NCBI GenBank assembly: GCA_008632985.1
Contig: QPGO01000026.1
Coordinates: 1-64,000, forward strand
Direction of reading: 5' to 3'
Origin: Psammoneis japonica
Lineage: Eukaryota
DNA length: 64,000 bases
Below the pieces are notes generated by a model. It had not been told where the DNA came from. It saw only the letters and a program-made list of their open reading frames with translations, and made no database searches. Of the stretch, positions 24,072 to 35,498 are shown one piece after another. The stretch's first letter is position 1. Each line of letters begins with the position of its first letter. The translations under genes were made by a program, and so were the position numbers.

Positions 24072-24514
24072 CTCACGATCCTGTCGCAGAGGGTTTTGCC
24101 CTCAAACCAAGCAGCTGTAAGGGACTGCACAACACCGCATGCCGCATAATTGCATGACATTCCTGCAAAAGATTTTGTTTGATGCTTCCACCTTTCAAGA
24201 GGAGTGTGATTTCTTATACCCCTCCAATCCTGATGCTAGGGTCATCTCCCATCCACAAGGAACCAACAGAAGGCAAAAGACACAGCACAGAAAAATGGTT
24301 GTCAACTCCCCTGACATGATGATGCACCATGTTAAATAGAACTTTGAGTTGCAAGCACTGGGCACTTGGTCATCAATTGCTACCCATTGCTCCCTGCCTG
24401 ACCCCACCCTGCCAGCACCTTTTTTTTGTCAAGATGTGGCCTTTCACCATCAGATTGTCAAGATGTGGCCATTTACCATCAGAATTAATGTCCTGAGATG
24501 GGCACTGCGAACCG

Positions 24515-24832
24515 CAATTTTCACATTGGCTCCCCTTTTGCTTTTAAAATTTTCCCAGACTGTTCAAAGAATTGATTCACAGCAGATTTTTGACACAAGC
24601 GAACACAAAGAAAAAGAAAATTTTTGACAGAGAGCAATAAACCTTGTTGGTGGTACTTGTGCGTTGTGGCAATTTTCACACTGGCTCCCCTTTTGCTTTT
24701 AATTTTTTCAAGACTGTTCAAAGAATTAATGATTCACAGCAGATTTTTTCTTTTGACACAAGCGAACAAAAAGAAAAAGAATTTTTTTGACAGAGAACAA
24801 TAAACCTTGTTGGTGGTACTTGTGTGTTGTGG
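24515..24832 (+). repeat. tandem duplication, ~155-160 bp x2
   Basis: caattttcaca.tggctccccttttgctttta...aataaaccttgttggtggtacttgtg.gttgtgg present twice. Confidence 0.85.
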
Positions 24833-25939
24833 ATGCATCAGGGTTGAGGAGCAGCAGTGCGATCCACTTGCAAGTTACCCGATGCGTCTCCCGTGACCGT
24901 GAACGTTTTTGCTTTCTCTTTTATATAATGGAGTAGGTTTATTTTTATTTTTAGGTTTCAATGGTCTGATGCATTTCTGTTTTATAATGGAGTAGGTTTA
25001 GTTTTGTTTCAGTGATGCAAATCAAATTTACAAACAGAATGGAAACAGCTTTGCAAGCAGAATGGGGTTATCGCTGATACAAACAAAAGTTACGAACAGA
25101 ATGGAGAAAGGCTAACAAATTGAAAATGGATCTCGTTTAATTTAGTTGGGCTTCCATTTCTGTTAGCGAAAAAGAACTTGAATGAGAAGACAGTTGAGAA
25201 AATGGTACAAAAAAGCCTGAGATGGACAGCCAAGCAATTTGCTATCATGCCCAATTAAAATGTATTCTTATTGACTGCCTGAATGAATCACCTGAAACAA
25301 ATTGAACATGGAAAGGCTAAGAGAATTTTTTCTGTGAAGTAACACACGACCTATCATCGGTGCCAGCCGAAAAAAGAAAAGAATAGACCAAGAAGAGAGG
25401 GTTATTCCTGATTGCATAAACAAGGGTATGGAGATTGGTCGACAAACCTTCAAATCGTTCGTGTGCGGTAAAGAATGAATTGCAGCGATTAATCTTATTG
25501 AAAATGTCCATTACAAAAATGGCCTTAGATAGGCAGAATAGCATAATGGTGAGAGCCAAGGGGTGCCATCTAAGAAGGGCGGCATCCTACGCGCAGAATA
25601 AACTGGACTCAGAGGAAGTACGGTATTGACAGACCGAAAAGTATGGGAACTTTCTCGTAGATTCTACGAGACAAACGGGCGATAGACAGACAATTGCGAT
25701 GGAAGAGTTGTCCCGTCCCCGTGCTTTTTGAAATTGTGTACAAATCCTACAAAATTATTTTACCACCAATGAGCAACAAAAATATTGCCACATTGGCTTA
25801 GCTGAAATTTAGAATGCCTGAAGTGATCACCTGAAACAAATTGAACACAGAAAGGCAAAAGCTAACTCATATTTTCCCTATGATAAAGGGGCAACGAGTT
25901 GTGAAGACAAAAGAATTGAGTAAATTAACAGAACAAAAT

Positions 25940-26177
25940 TGGTCTTTCAACTCTTGCAAATCGCTCTTGTGCGGTCAAGAAGGACCTGCGTAGAGCTTAG
26001 TACCTATTCCATAAATGTGAGATCCCCATTGAGACAATCAATCTTATTGCCAATATCTGGTCTTTCAACTCTTGCAAATCGCTCTTGTGCGGTCAAGAAG
26101 GACCTGCGTAGAGCTTAGTACCTATTCCATAGATGTGAGATCCCCATTGCGGCAATCAATCTTATTGCCAATATCTA
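25940..26177 (+). repeat. near-perfect tandem duplication, 118 bp x2
   Basis: tggtctttcaactcttgcaaatcg...atcttattgccaatatc twice; TpA retained in both copies. Confidence 0.92.
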
Positions 26178-27938
26178 TTGCAATAATTGCCTGAGATAGA
26201 CAGAATAATTTTGTTGATTTTGAAATTGCACTACTGATTTACAGGTCTGTGAAAAGAAAAGAGTAGCTTTATATGAGCATTTTCCGAATGTCCAAAGCTG
26301 TGCGTATCTGTACCAATGTAGCTTCTATAAATTTGCACGGTGTGTCAACCTTAATGGATCGTCAGCGTCTTCGCTAACATCACAATGACACGTAGCCTTC
26401 TGCCTGTTTCATAAGTCAACGAGTGATGTGACAAAGGCAGCAGAGGTGTGGTAGTATGCCATGAGATGCTGAGTATAGAATGCCATAAGCTTGGCCAGTG
26501 AAATTTTATCTTCCATGTCGAAAAAGTCACTAAATTCCAATGCATCTTCGTTGTAGAGCCAATAAGTCTACCTCAATGGCATGTCGACCCCAAAGATTAC
26601 AACGCTGGCGTCATCCTCATTGCCATTTTTTTGTTCGTCCTCTAACTCACGGCATCAAGGACCGCGAGCAGGAAGGATTTGACATCGAGACAATGCAACA
26701 TGCTTCCGACCGCTTAACACAAATTTTTAATGTGTTTATGTCATAAATGGAATTTGAATCCCAGAAAAATCTTGAAGACACAAAAATCTGCCAGGGCTCA
26801 CGTGAAAATTTGAGCACTTCGGGAAACAAAAATCACGAGATCGCAAGAATGAAACTTTTTCAGAAAAAAGGCAATGAAAGTCTGAATAGCTGAAACATCT
26901 TCAAAGTGGTGGCAACATCAAATTAATTCCGTGTGAATGATGCTGTCTAGATGATGCAATTAAAATCAAAATAAAAAGGGCTGACAGAAAACAGCCCAAA
27001 ACAGACAACAGAGATGATTCCATAAAAAGCAAAAAGAAGAGTTTTAAAAATGCCTGAGATGGACTGAAAAGACAAACCTGGAAATGGCAACAATGGGAAT
27101 TAAGATGAATTATGCTGTGGGGATGATGAAATGAAAAATTAAAAAAGAAAAGTCTGAGTTCTAACAGTTCAAAACAATGAAGATTCGACTGCAGAGATGA
27201 TTCAACATTAAAGTTTTTGACACCCGGACCTATTTTAATGCACGCCCTCATGTCTGTAGAATGCATTAAAATACCATCGGTCCAAATCAAATCGTGTTTT
27301 AGCATGCTAAAAGTGTCGCACCATTTCGGTTCCTCGCCAATCAAAGAAATGAGGCACAACAATTTTCATAATTATATATATTGAAATGAACACACCCAAA
27401 AATCACACCTCATCTTCCGAACAATCCGCCAGATCTTTAACCCCCCCTCCAAATGGATTGAGCAGACTCTCAGCTTTCCATCGATGTATCGCAATGCTCA
27501 AACACACTGGCAACAGTCGGACCCACCAGTGCATTCTTGAAAACATGGAAAAAACAGCAACCAACAGTTGTGCGCTCCAACTGTAATGCCAAATGTTCAC
27601 GCTGTGGACTTGCAGCATCCTCCTCTGAAGTTGCCTCTGTGCTGAACCAACCGACCGACCGCCCAATTGCTGCCCAACAGCACAGCAAACCAGTCTGAAT
27701 GACCGCATGATCACAGCTCAAAACAGACAGGGATGGTTGGACACATTTTGCAACAGTCGAGTGTGGTGAAAAGTGTGCATTTGGTCAAAATCGATCATGA
27801 ATGCTCATTGTGCTACCTTTGGGGGCCCTTCAGTGAGCCGAACACGCCCATTTCTCCTCTGAACATCACATGTCCATCTCACGGAGGTGTCAATTTTGTG
27901 ACCGGGACACATCTTGAAAAAAATTGTCACAAACTTAG

Positions 27939-28426
27939 CCCTTCAACCACCGGACTTGAGCAAATCTCCACGGGTGGAGATTTGCTCGCTTACGTCACAA
28001 ATATAGCACATTCAGATATGAATAATATTTTATTTGCGCGATTTTGTTTTGGAACGCGCATTCGCCGAAAATCTGAGGGAACCCTTTTGTAATTTAGAAA
28101 GTTTAATGTCGACTTTTAACACCGAGTTTTTTGCAAGCTTCATCTATGAATAGAGAGGAACTAAATATCAGCCTTTAACAATGAGGGTTATCATGAATTA
28201 CTATCACAAATAGAGCAATAATACCACACCCTTGGAGCAAATCTCCACCGGTGGAGATTTGCTCCCGATAAGTAAATGCACCTGGTATACTTTACGTAGA
28301 TTGTACGCGACATGACGTTTTTATACTATTGTATGTTCATTACATTGTTATAAAAATGCATGACACGTCACAAATCCACAAGTAGAGCAAATCTCCACCC
28401 GTGGAGCTCCCCTGGTGGTTGAAGGG
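27939..28426. mobile_element. piggyBac-like MITE with internal palindromes
   Basis: TIR CCCTTCAACCACC / GGTGGTTGAAGGG; TTAG on the left (27935-27938) and TTAA on the right (28427-28430); palindromes at 27958-27987, 28234-28265 and a partial one at ~28385-28410; TpA-rich interior. Confidence 0.82.
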
Positions 28427-28504
28427 TTAAACCAGCCAAGAAGGTCATTGCAGCTGGAAAAAAAAACACCGGCACCCTGAAGACAGCACAACCTGCACTC
28501 AACG

Positions 28505-29452
28505 ATGGATTTTCAACCAAGCGCACACTTTCTGCCACACCAGAGTGTTGCCTGGTGGATTCGTGGATGTGGTGTTGGTGGGGTGCAACAAGAAAATTTT
28601 GGAAAATGCTTGAGATGAACAAAAAGAGACAAAACCTGGAAATGGCAACAATTGGGGTTAAGATGAGTGGCACTTTGAGAGAATGCCTGAGATGAGCAAA
28701 AAGAAACAGAGTTCATGGATGAAAGTGTCACAGAATCAGCAGTTGCCACGACCTCACCCCTTGATCAACACAAACAATGGGGGAGAGTGGATGGTGTGAT
28801 CTCGTTGATTGCCCTGATGTCTGCAACCACTTTCTTGCCTTGAAAAACAATCTGCACTCAAGAATGGATTTCAACCAAGCGTGCACTTTCTGCCACACCA
28901 GAGTGTCGCCTGGTGGATTCGGGGATGTGGTGTTGGTGGGGTGCAACAAGAAGATTTTGGGAAATGCCGGAGATGAACAAAAAGAGACAAAGGTGGATTC
29001 GGGGATGTGGTGTTGGTGGGGTGCAACAAGAAGATTTTGGGAAATGCCGGAGATGAACAAAAAGAGACAAAACCTGGAAATGGCAACAATCGGGGTCTCG
29101 CCTTGAAAAACAATCTGCACCCAACAATGGATTTCAACCAAGCGTGCGCTTTCCGCCACACCAGAGTGTCGTCTGGTGGATTCGTGGATGTGGTGTTGGT
29201 GGGTGCAACAAGAAGATTTTGGAAAATGCCCGAGATGAGCAAAACGAGACAAAACCTGGAAATGGCAACAATCGGGGTCAAGGTGAGTGGCGCGCTTTGG
29301 GAGAATGCCCAAGATGAACAAAAAGAAACAGAGCCAATGGACGAAAGTGTCGCAGAGTCAGCGGTTGCCACGATCTCACCTCTTGACCAATGAGAGCGGG
29401 CAGTGTGATCTCGTTGATTGCCCTGGTGCACGCAACCACTTTTTTGCCTTGA
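28505..29452 (+). repeat. complex tandem array of a ~260-360-bp degenerate unit (about 3 copies plus a partial internal duplication)
   Basis: atggattt.caaccaagcg..cactttctgccacaccagagtgt.gcctggtggattcg.ggatgtggtgttggtggggtgcaacaag recurs at ~28505, ~28865, ~29128 and partly at ~28992. Confidence 0.85.
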
Positions 29453-29846
29453 GTCTTCCCCAAGATGACAAGCTGGTCGACCTGCACTTGTTTTGCTTGC
29501 ACCGCATCTTTGTCGAGCATCGACGAAGGTGCTCGTGGGTGTTTCCGCACTGCCCTCATTGCCGCTGCACAAGCGGACAATGCACTCCATCTGCTCAGCA
29601 CAGGTGGCGCTGCGGAGCTCAACGACATCCAAGGTCTTTTTGTTTGCCACTTGCAAGCAGATGGCACCATCTGAGTTGGCCTCATCTTTGGCGCCGGCCC
29701 CTTCTTCCAAAGTTTGAAGATGCAAGTTGAAGACCCTCTGGAGCACCGCAACGACCTTGCTGTGGGCAGAGTTGAGAGTGCGAGAAGAGTCGCTGCCTGT
29801 GCTGGCAGAGGGCACATCGCCTGTGCTCTTCTCCTCCACTGCCGAG

Positions 29847-30085
29847 TGTTGCAACCCATCCTTCTGGTGGCTGTTCCAGAGCCACCTCAGTCCTCCAAGG
29901 TCTGATCCTGAGGCCAAAATGGACAAGCTTGTTGTCACAATGCTTTCCAAGAGTTAAAAGAGAACAGTGGCTGCTTCCATCGGCTGTTTTTGTTGCTTCA
30001 CGTGGAGCACATGAGTGCTGACGCATGCGTCTTCTTCACACCATTTAATTTTGGTGTTTGAACTTTTAGCTCACCATTTCCAACA
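29847..30085 (-). repeat. LTR A (3' LTR)
   Basis: TGTTG...CAACA; minus-strand PPT-like cagcaggagtg adjacent. Confidence 0.92.
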
Positions 30086-33000
30086 CACTCCTGCTGACCA
30101 ATGACAAGATTCTTGCCATTTCCAAATTTGACCATCTTGGGCACTTGGATGTTCATGATGGCTTGATGATCAACAATGAACTTTTTACCAACCACTGGTT
30201 TGGTCGTGCAATCTGCCATCATCTTGTCTGTTGGGCAGAACTTGATCTCAAGTTCTCCTCGCTTGATGAGGTCAGCGATGCAAAAACACTTGATGTTGAA
30301 ATGTCTCGTGCGTTTGCCCGAGCTGGCCTTTCCATTTTGTTCCAGTTTCACGCAACTTTGGTTGTCTCGATGCATGATGTTGCGCTCGACTTCAAAACCT
30401 TGAGCTTCAACAAAACGCTTGGTCCAAAGGACCTTTGCCAAAACGTCGTCTCCTGCGACGATCTCTGCTTCTGCAGAACTCCTGGTGTTGATCTTCTGCT
30501 TCGTGCTGACTGATGTGATGACACCTTTTCCAAGGGTCATGGCAGAACCTGTGTGACTTTTATGGTCCGGATGGACTGTGAATGCGGCATCCGTGTGCCA
30601 CTCGATGATGACTTTGTCTCCAGCCGACATGACTGCGACATCAAGCTGGGTTGTCCTGAGGAAATTCATGAGCCTCGCCAGCTTTGGCCAATCCGATTTG
30701 TTCGGATCCTTGACCCTGGTGGAGAGAAAAGCAGTGCCAGGCTGAATGTCCTGTCTGGCTCTCTTGCACACAAACATGCCCTTCATCACAAAAGTGCAAA
30801 ATGCTCGAGCACGCTTGAGATCTAATTTCTTGGCTGTCTCATCCACCTTGTTGAGCTTCTTGCTCCACGGGCAATCCACGTCACCCGACAATTCTTCTGG
30901 GAATTCCTTGAAGAACTCCTTGGCCATTCCTTGCACACAAAGCACCATGTCAACTTGCAGTGCTCCTGGAATGGAGCAATCTAGAGTCATGGCCAGACAG
31001 TCGTGCCTCTTTCCACGCGTGACTTTGACCTTTCCGATCTCATCCGCATGAGTTTTGTCTAACCAAATCTTGAATTCATCGTTGACCTTGCTGTCAACGT
31101 GACTGGACTTCAAATCATCCACATGCCATGTCACCGTGTGTTGTTTTCCATTCACGATGCGGTTGGCGACACATGGATCACAAGGATCAATCTCAAATCC
31201 AATTCCTTCGATGTCTCTGCGGAACTTCTTGTGACAAAGAATGGAGGACACCAGCACTCCGCAGAGCGCCTTCAACATTTCAGCGTAGAGAACCTTGTGT
31301 TTGCCTTCACACACGATGCAGTCCTGGCAAGTGTCTGGATCCAATTCCAGCAACATGTCCACCATCCTTCCACGGATCTTCATGATGATCTTTTCATCCT
31401 TGACCTCGATGTCCGTTTGCACAAATGCGCTCGGGATGTCCGCTGTCACAACGTCTCTGCCTTGCTTGGCATCAATCACTCCTGCAATGAGAACAGATTC
31501 TGTGGATGCTGTCGGACTGGCGGTTTCGTCTTGGTCCATGTGCTCTCGCTGCGTGCTTCCGTTTGCACACAACCTTGACTTGATTCGTCCATCTCTCTTC
31601 TCTGTGAGAAACATGAGGCTCTCCATGGCTCTCTTCCTCTCCAGAGGAGTCATGTCATTGATGTGAATGGGTTTGAAAACCACTCTGTCATGGATTTGCT
31701 TCAGCTCTGACACTGCTGACTTGTGGCCTTCTTCTCCAAACTTCTGGAGTCCTCGTGCCAAGCTGCAAGTCTGAACAAATTGATGTGCTTCTTCATCAGT
31801 GGAAATCGTGCTAACCTTCTCGTTCCACTGACACATTGTCGTGGCCATGATTCTGGCCGTTTCTAAGCTGCACTCTTCTTTTGTGAATGAGCTTGAGTCT
31901 GTAGATGGCATTGGCAGTCTCCCAATCTAACTGGAGGTTTCAGAGTCCTTCCTGCCCTGGATGTAGCAACAGGCTCTTCTTGGACACTTTCTTCGGTTTC
32001 ACTCTGCTCCTCTCCAGATTCGTCATCAGATTCCAGGTCTTTCATTTCGCCGATGATCTCTTGCACTTCCGGAGAGTGTTCCTTCTCTTGTTCCAGCCTC
32101 TGTTGTTCATCAATGTGGTCAATCATGTCGTCGATTTCTTGTGAAATTCCGCTGCTGTCTGATGGTTGAGAACCAACTTCGTCATTGTCTCTGAGATGCT
32201 CATCATTGGAGGTTTCTTCTTGAGTCTCGTCTTGTTCTTCACTGATGTGGCTGGCTTCTTCATCCAATTCTTGTTCTCGAATTGTGTCTTGCAGCTCTTG
32301 ACTAACTCTGTCACAGTCTCCCCAGTCTGGCTCTTCTTCCTCATTGTCTTCAGTTTCAATGTCTTCTTCTAGATCACAGTCTTCGTCTTCAAATTGATCT
32401 TCAGCATGGTCCACTCCTGCAAGCCAAGCACTGTCGTACAAAACAGCTCCAGCACACTTCTGAATCTTGAGACCGTTGGGCATCTTGTTCATTTCAGCCA
32501 AACGATGAACCTGCTTTGTGATGGCGGGAGTGATGGGCACAGGGGTGACCTTGCGATGAGTGATCTTCTTGCCGGTTTGCAAGTGCAGCAACTCATGTCC
32601 AATCTGGTTGCTGTCGGTGGGGCGCAAATGAATGCAATCCAAGGTCCGTGACTCTTGGGTGTTCTTGGGGTCCGGGTCATTGTGAGCTTGCACACAAGTG
32701 CCGGACGTGATCTTGCAGCTCTTGTCACAGTCTAGATTCTTTTGATGGAGAATCATTCTCGGACTGCAATGTTTGGAAACGCCGTGCTTGGCTGGAAAAT
32801 AATTGAGCTTCTTAGCAGCTTCAGTGACCATGACTTCGACCATGAGTTTTGGCAGATGCTTGAATGGCAGCCAATGATGGACTGCCCTGGCACGTTCTTG
32901 AATGACTCGGTTGTTTCTTTCGGCTTCTGGGACATGCTCCTGAGCATTTGCGTAGTTCATCTTTAGATCAAACTTGTCTTCTAGTGCATTCCCAATGGGC

Positions 33001-35260
33001 CTGAATTCGTTGTCGCAACGAATGCGTGTGACCTTCAAATCGGCCTTGTTGCAGACTTGCAGCACATCTTCCAGAGCTTCTTGATGAGTTGGTTGGGTCA
33101 AGTCCTTGAGCGGTTGTGCCTTGCGATAAAAAATGTTTCGTGACACTGTGGTGAGGAATGGCAATCCATTCACCTTGAGGCCGTCCAGGCAAAGAGTGAC
33201 CTTGTGCTGTGCTGCAATGAGCTCCTTCGGGATCTCCACACAGTCTTCCACAACTGGCTCCAGCTTCTGCCTTGTGACCTTGCCTTTTAGACTTCCAATG
33301 TCTGGTCCAAAAATCTTCTCGGCCAAATCTACATCCTCCGTTGTGACGGGATTGTTCTTGATGCTGTTCACGCAAATGATGGCCTTCAGATCATTCACGG
33401 TTGGGTTTCCCAATGCGCGCAACAATTCCCCAGCCCTCTTGGCTTTCTTGAACTGTCGTGGAGTGCAGAACTTCTTGTTCTCTTCCACACTCTGCACAAA
33501 TTGGAGCTGAGTTCCAGTGTCATTTATCTTGGGCTTGTAAACGTGCAGCCCTTTTCCATCCTCCTCGAACCCAACCTTCTTGTTGGGGAGATGAGCGGTG
33601 AATGCGTTGTCTTGTTTAGAATCACTTGTGATTCTGTGTTTCTTCTTCATGTCAGAGTGAGCAAAAATGTTGGTGATTGCATCTGGGTCAAACCAAGTCT
33701 CGCCAAACCCTGGCACCATGGCCTTGTGTGTCGTGACCAGGACTCCGCTGTTGGTGTGCAAACGCATGGCTTCATCCGACGGAGGATGTCTGTGATGAGC
33801 TTCTCATTGCAGAAGATTGTGGTTGTTGTGGTTGTTGTGGTTGTGGACTGGTTGTCCAACAAAATCCAGTCTCTCATGCTGCCAGATTGATCCTGGTAGA
33901 GAGACACATCGATGTGCATGCCAGCCCATCCTGAAACAGTGGATTTTGTTCCAGTGGATTCTTTGGTGGAAGAGTTGGCTGCACTGGCATCGTCACTTGG
34001 CTGAGCATTGCTTGCTTCTTGCTCAGCTTTGGCCTTGTTGATGGCCCATTCTGCTTGAGGTTTTCCTTGCCTTTCCCAGCACTTGTTGGAATTGTGTCTG
34101 GCCTTGCCACAGCAGCAACACTTGCCTTCTAACTGAGCGAAGGACAGCGTGATTTCTTGGTTTTCTTCTTGTTTCTTGGAGTCAGAGTTGTTGTTTCGAT
34201 TGTTCCTGTTGCAGCAGTTGTCAGGCTGACCAACGTAGTCAAAAGTGTGGTTGCTCAACACCGTGTTGGCTTCCGCAACAGACTTGGGATGTCAGTCGTT
34301 CTTGAGGGACTGCTGAGTGTTCAATCCTGTTAGAATTGATCCGCACTTGCACTGGTCTGCGTTCTCCAAGTGCGCGCAACCCATCAATTGGCTGAGCGCC
34401 TTTTCTTGACACTTCTTGATGGAATCCGCATTGTGCTCATCGCATTCTGACATGCCTTGCACTGCCTTGGTGAGGACAATTGGTCCTCCAACATGAGACT
34501 TCATGATGTCCCTTGCAACCCTGAATCTCTTGGCACAATCTTGGAGACTCTCCTTCTCCTTCTGCTTGGTTTCCAGCACCGCTCTCATTGAATCTGAGAT
34601 GACAGCCATGTCACACCTGTGCTCTTGGCAGTTCAATGCATGCTCCTTAATGGCCTTGAGCAATTCAATGGGATTGTTTTCAATTTTGGTTTGGAACTCG
34701 GTTCTTGCTTGAATCTTGTTCTTCATGGCCTTGGAGCATCTCTCCCAGAGCAAAGCACAAGCCTTGATGAGGTTGTTCTCATGAGTTTGGGTCCTCTCAA
34801 TGTGAGCATCAAATTCTGTCTTGAACTCAATTTCACACTGTTTGTTCAATGGCACATCCACCTTGTCATCTCCTCCAGTCAAGCTGACCTGCAAAGTTGG
34901 CTTCTTAGAACTCATGTCACATGGAGTGCAAGTGTTGAGTGCAGCTGCAATGTCACCTCCAAACTCACAAGTCTTCTCAATGTAGTTGATGATGAACTCA
35001 GTGGCAATCTGAAAATCAGATGCTTGCTTGGCACTTCCAACATGGCAGACACAATCATTGATGCCCTTGTGGCTTTGCTTGCCACTCTTGTTTCTCCTTC
35101 CTGAGGGTCCTCTTCCTTGGCTTCTGTTGCCAGTTCCACCTCTGCCTCTTCCACTCATGACAAAAAGGCAAAGCAGCAAAATGTCTCACACACTGTGAGA
35201 ATGACTCTTTTCTTTCTTGCTTTCTTTTCACAGCTCTCAGCTGGATTGTTCTCTTTTGGC
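30086..35260 (-). pseudogene. copia gag-pol copy A, frameshifted
   Basis: ORFs 34292-35179, 33647-34261, 31863-33767, 29998-31911. Confidence 0.92.
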
Positions 35261-35498
35261 TGTTGCAATTTGTCCTTCTGGTGACAGTTCCAGAGCCACC
35301 TCAGTCCTCCAAGGTCTGATCCTGAGGCCAAAATAGACAAGCTTGTTGTCACAATGCTTTCTAAGAGTCAAAAGAGAATGATGACTGCTTCCATCGGCAG
35401 TTTCAGTGCCTCACGCAGAGCACATGAGCGCTGGTGCGTGCGTCTTCTTCGCGCTGTCTAATTTCGGTGTTTGAACTTTTAGCTCGCCATTTCCAACA
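35261..35498 (-). repeat. LTR B (shared central LTR)
   Basis: Aligns with LTR A and C; PPT of copy B on one side, leader of copy A on the other. Confidence 0.92.
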
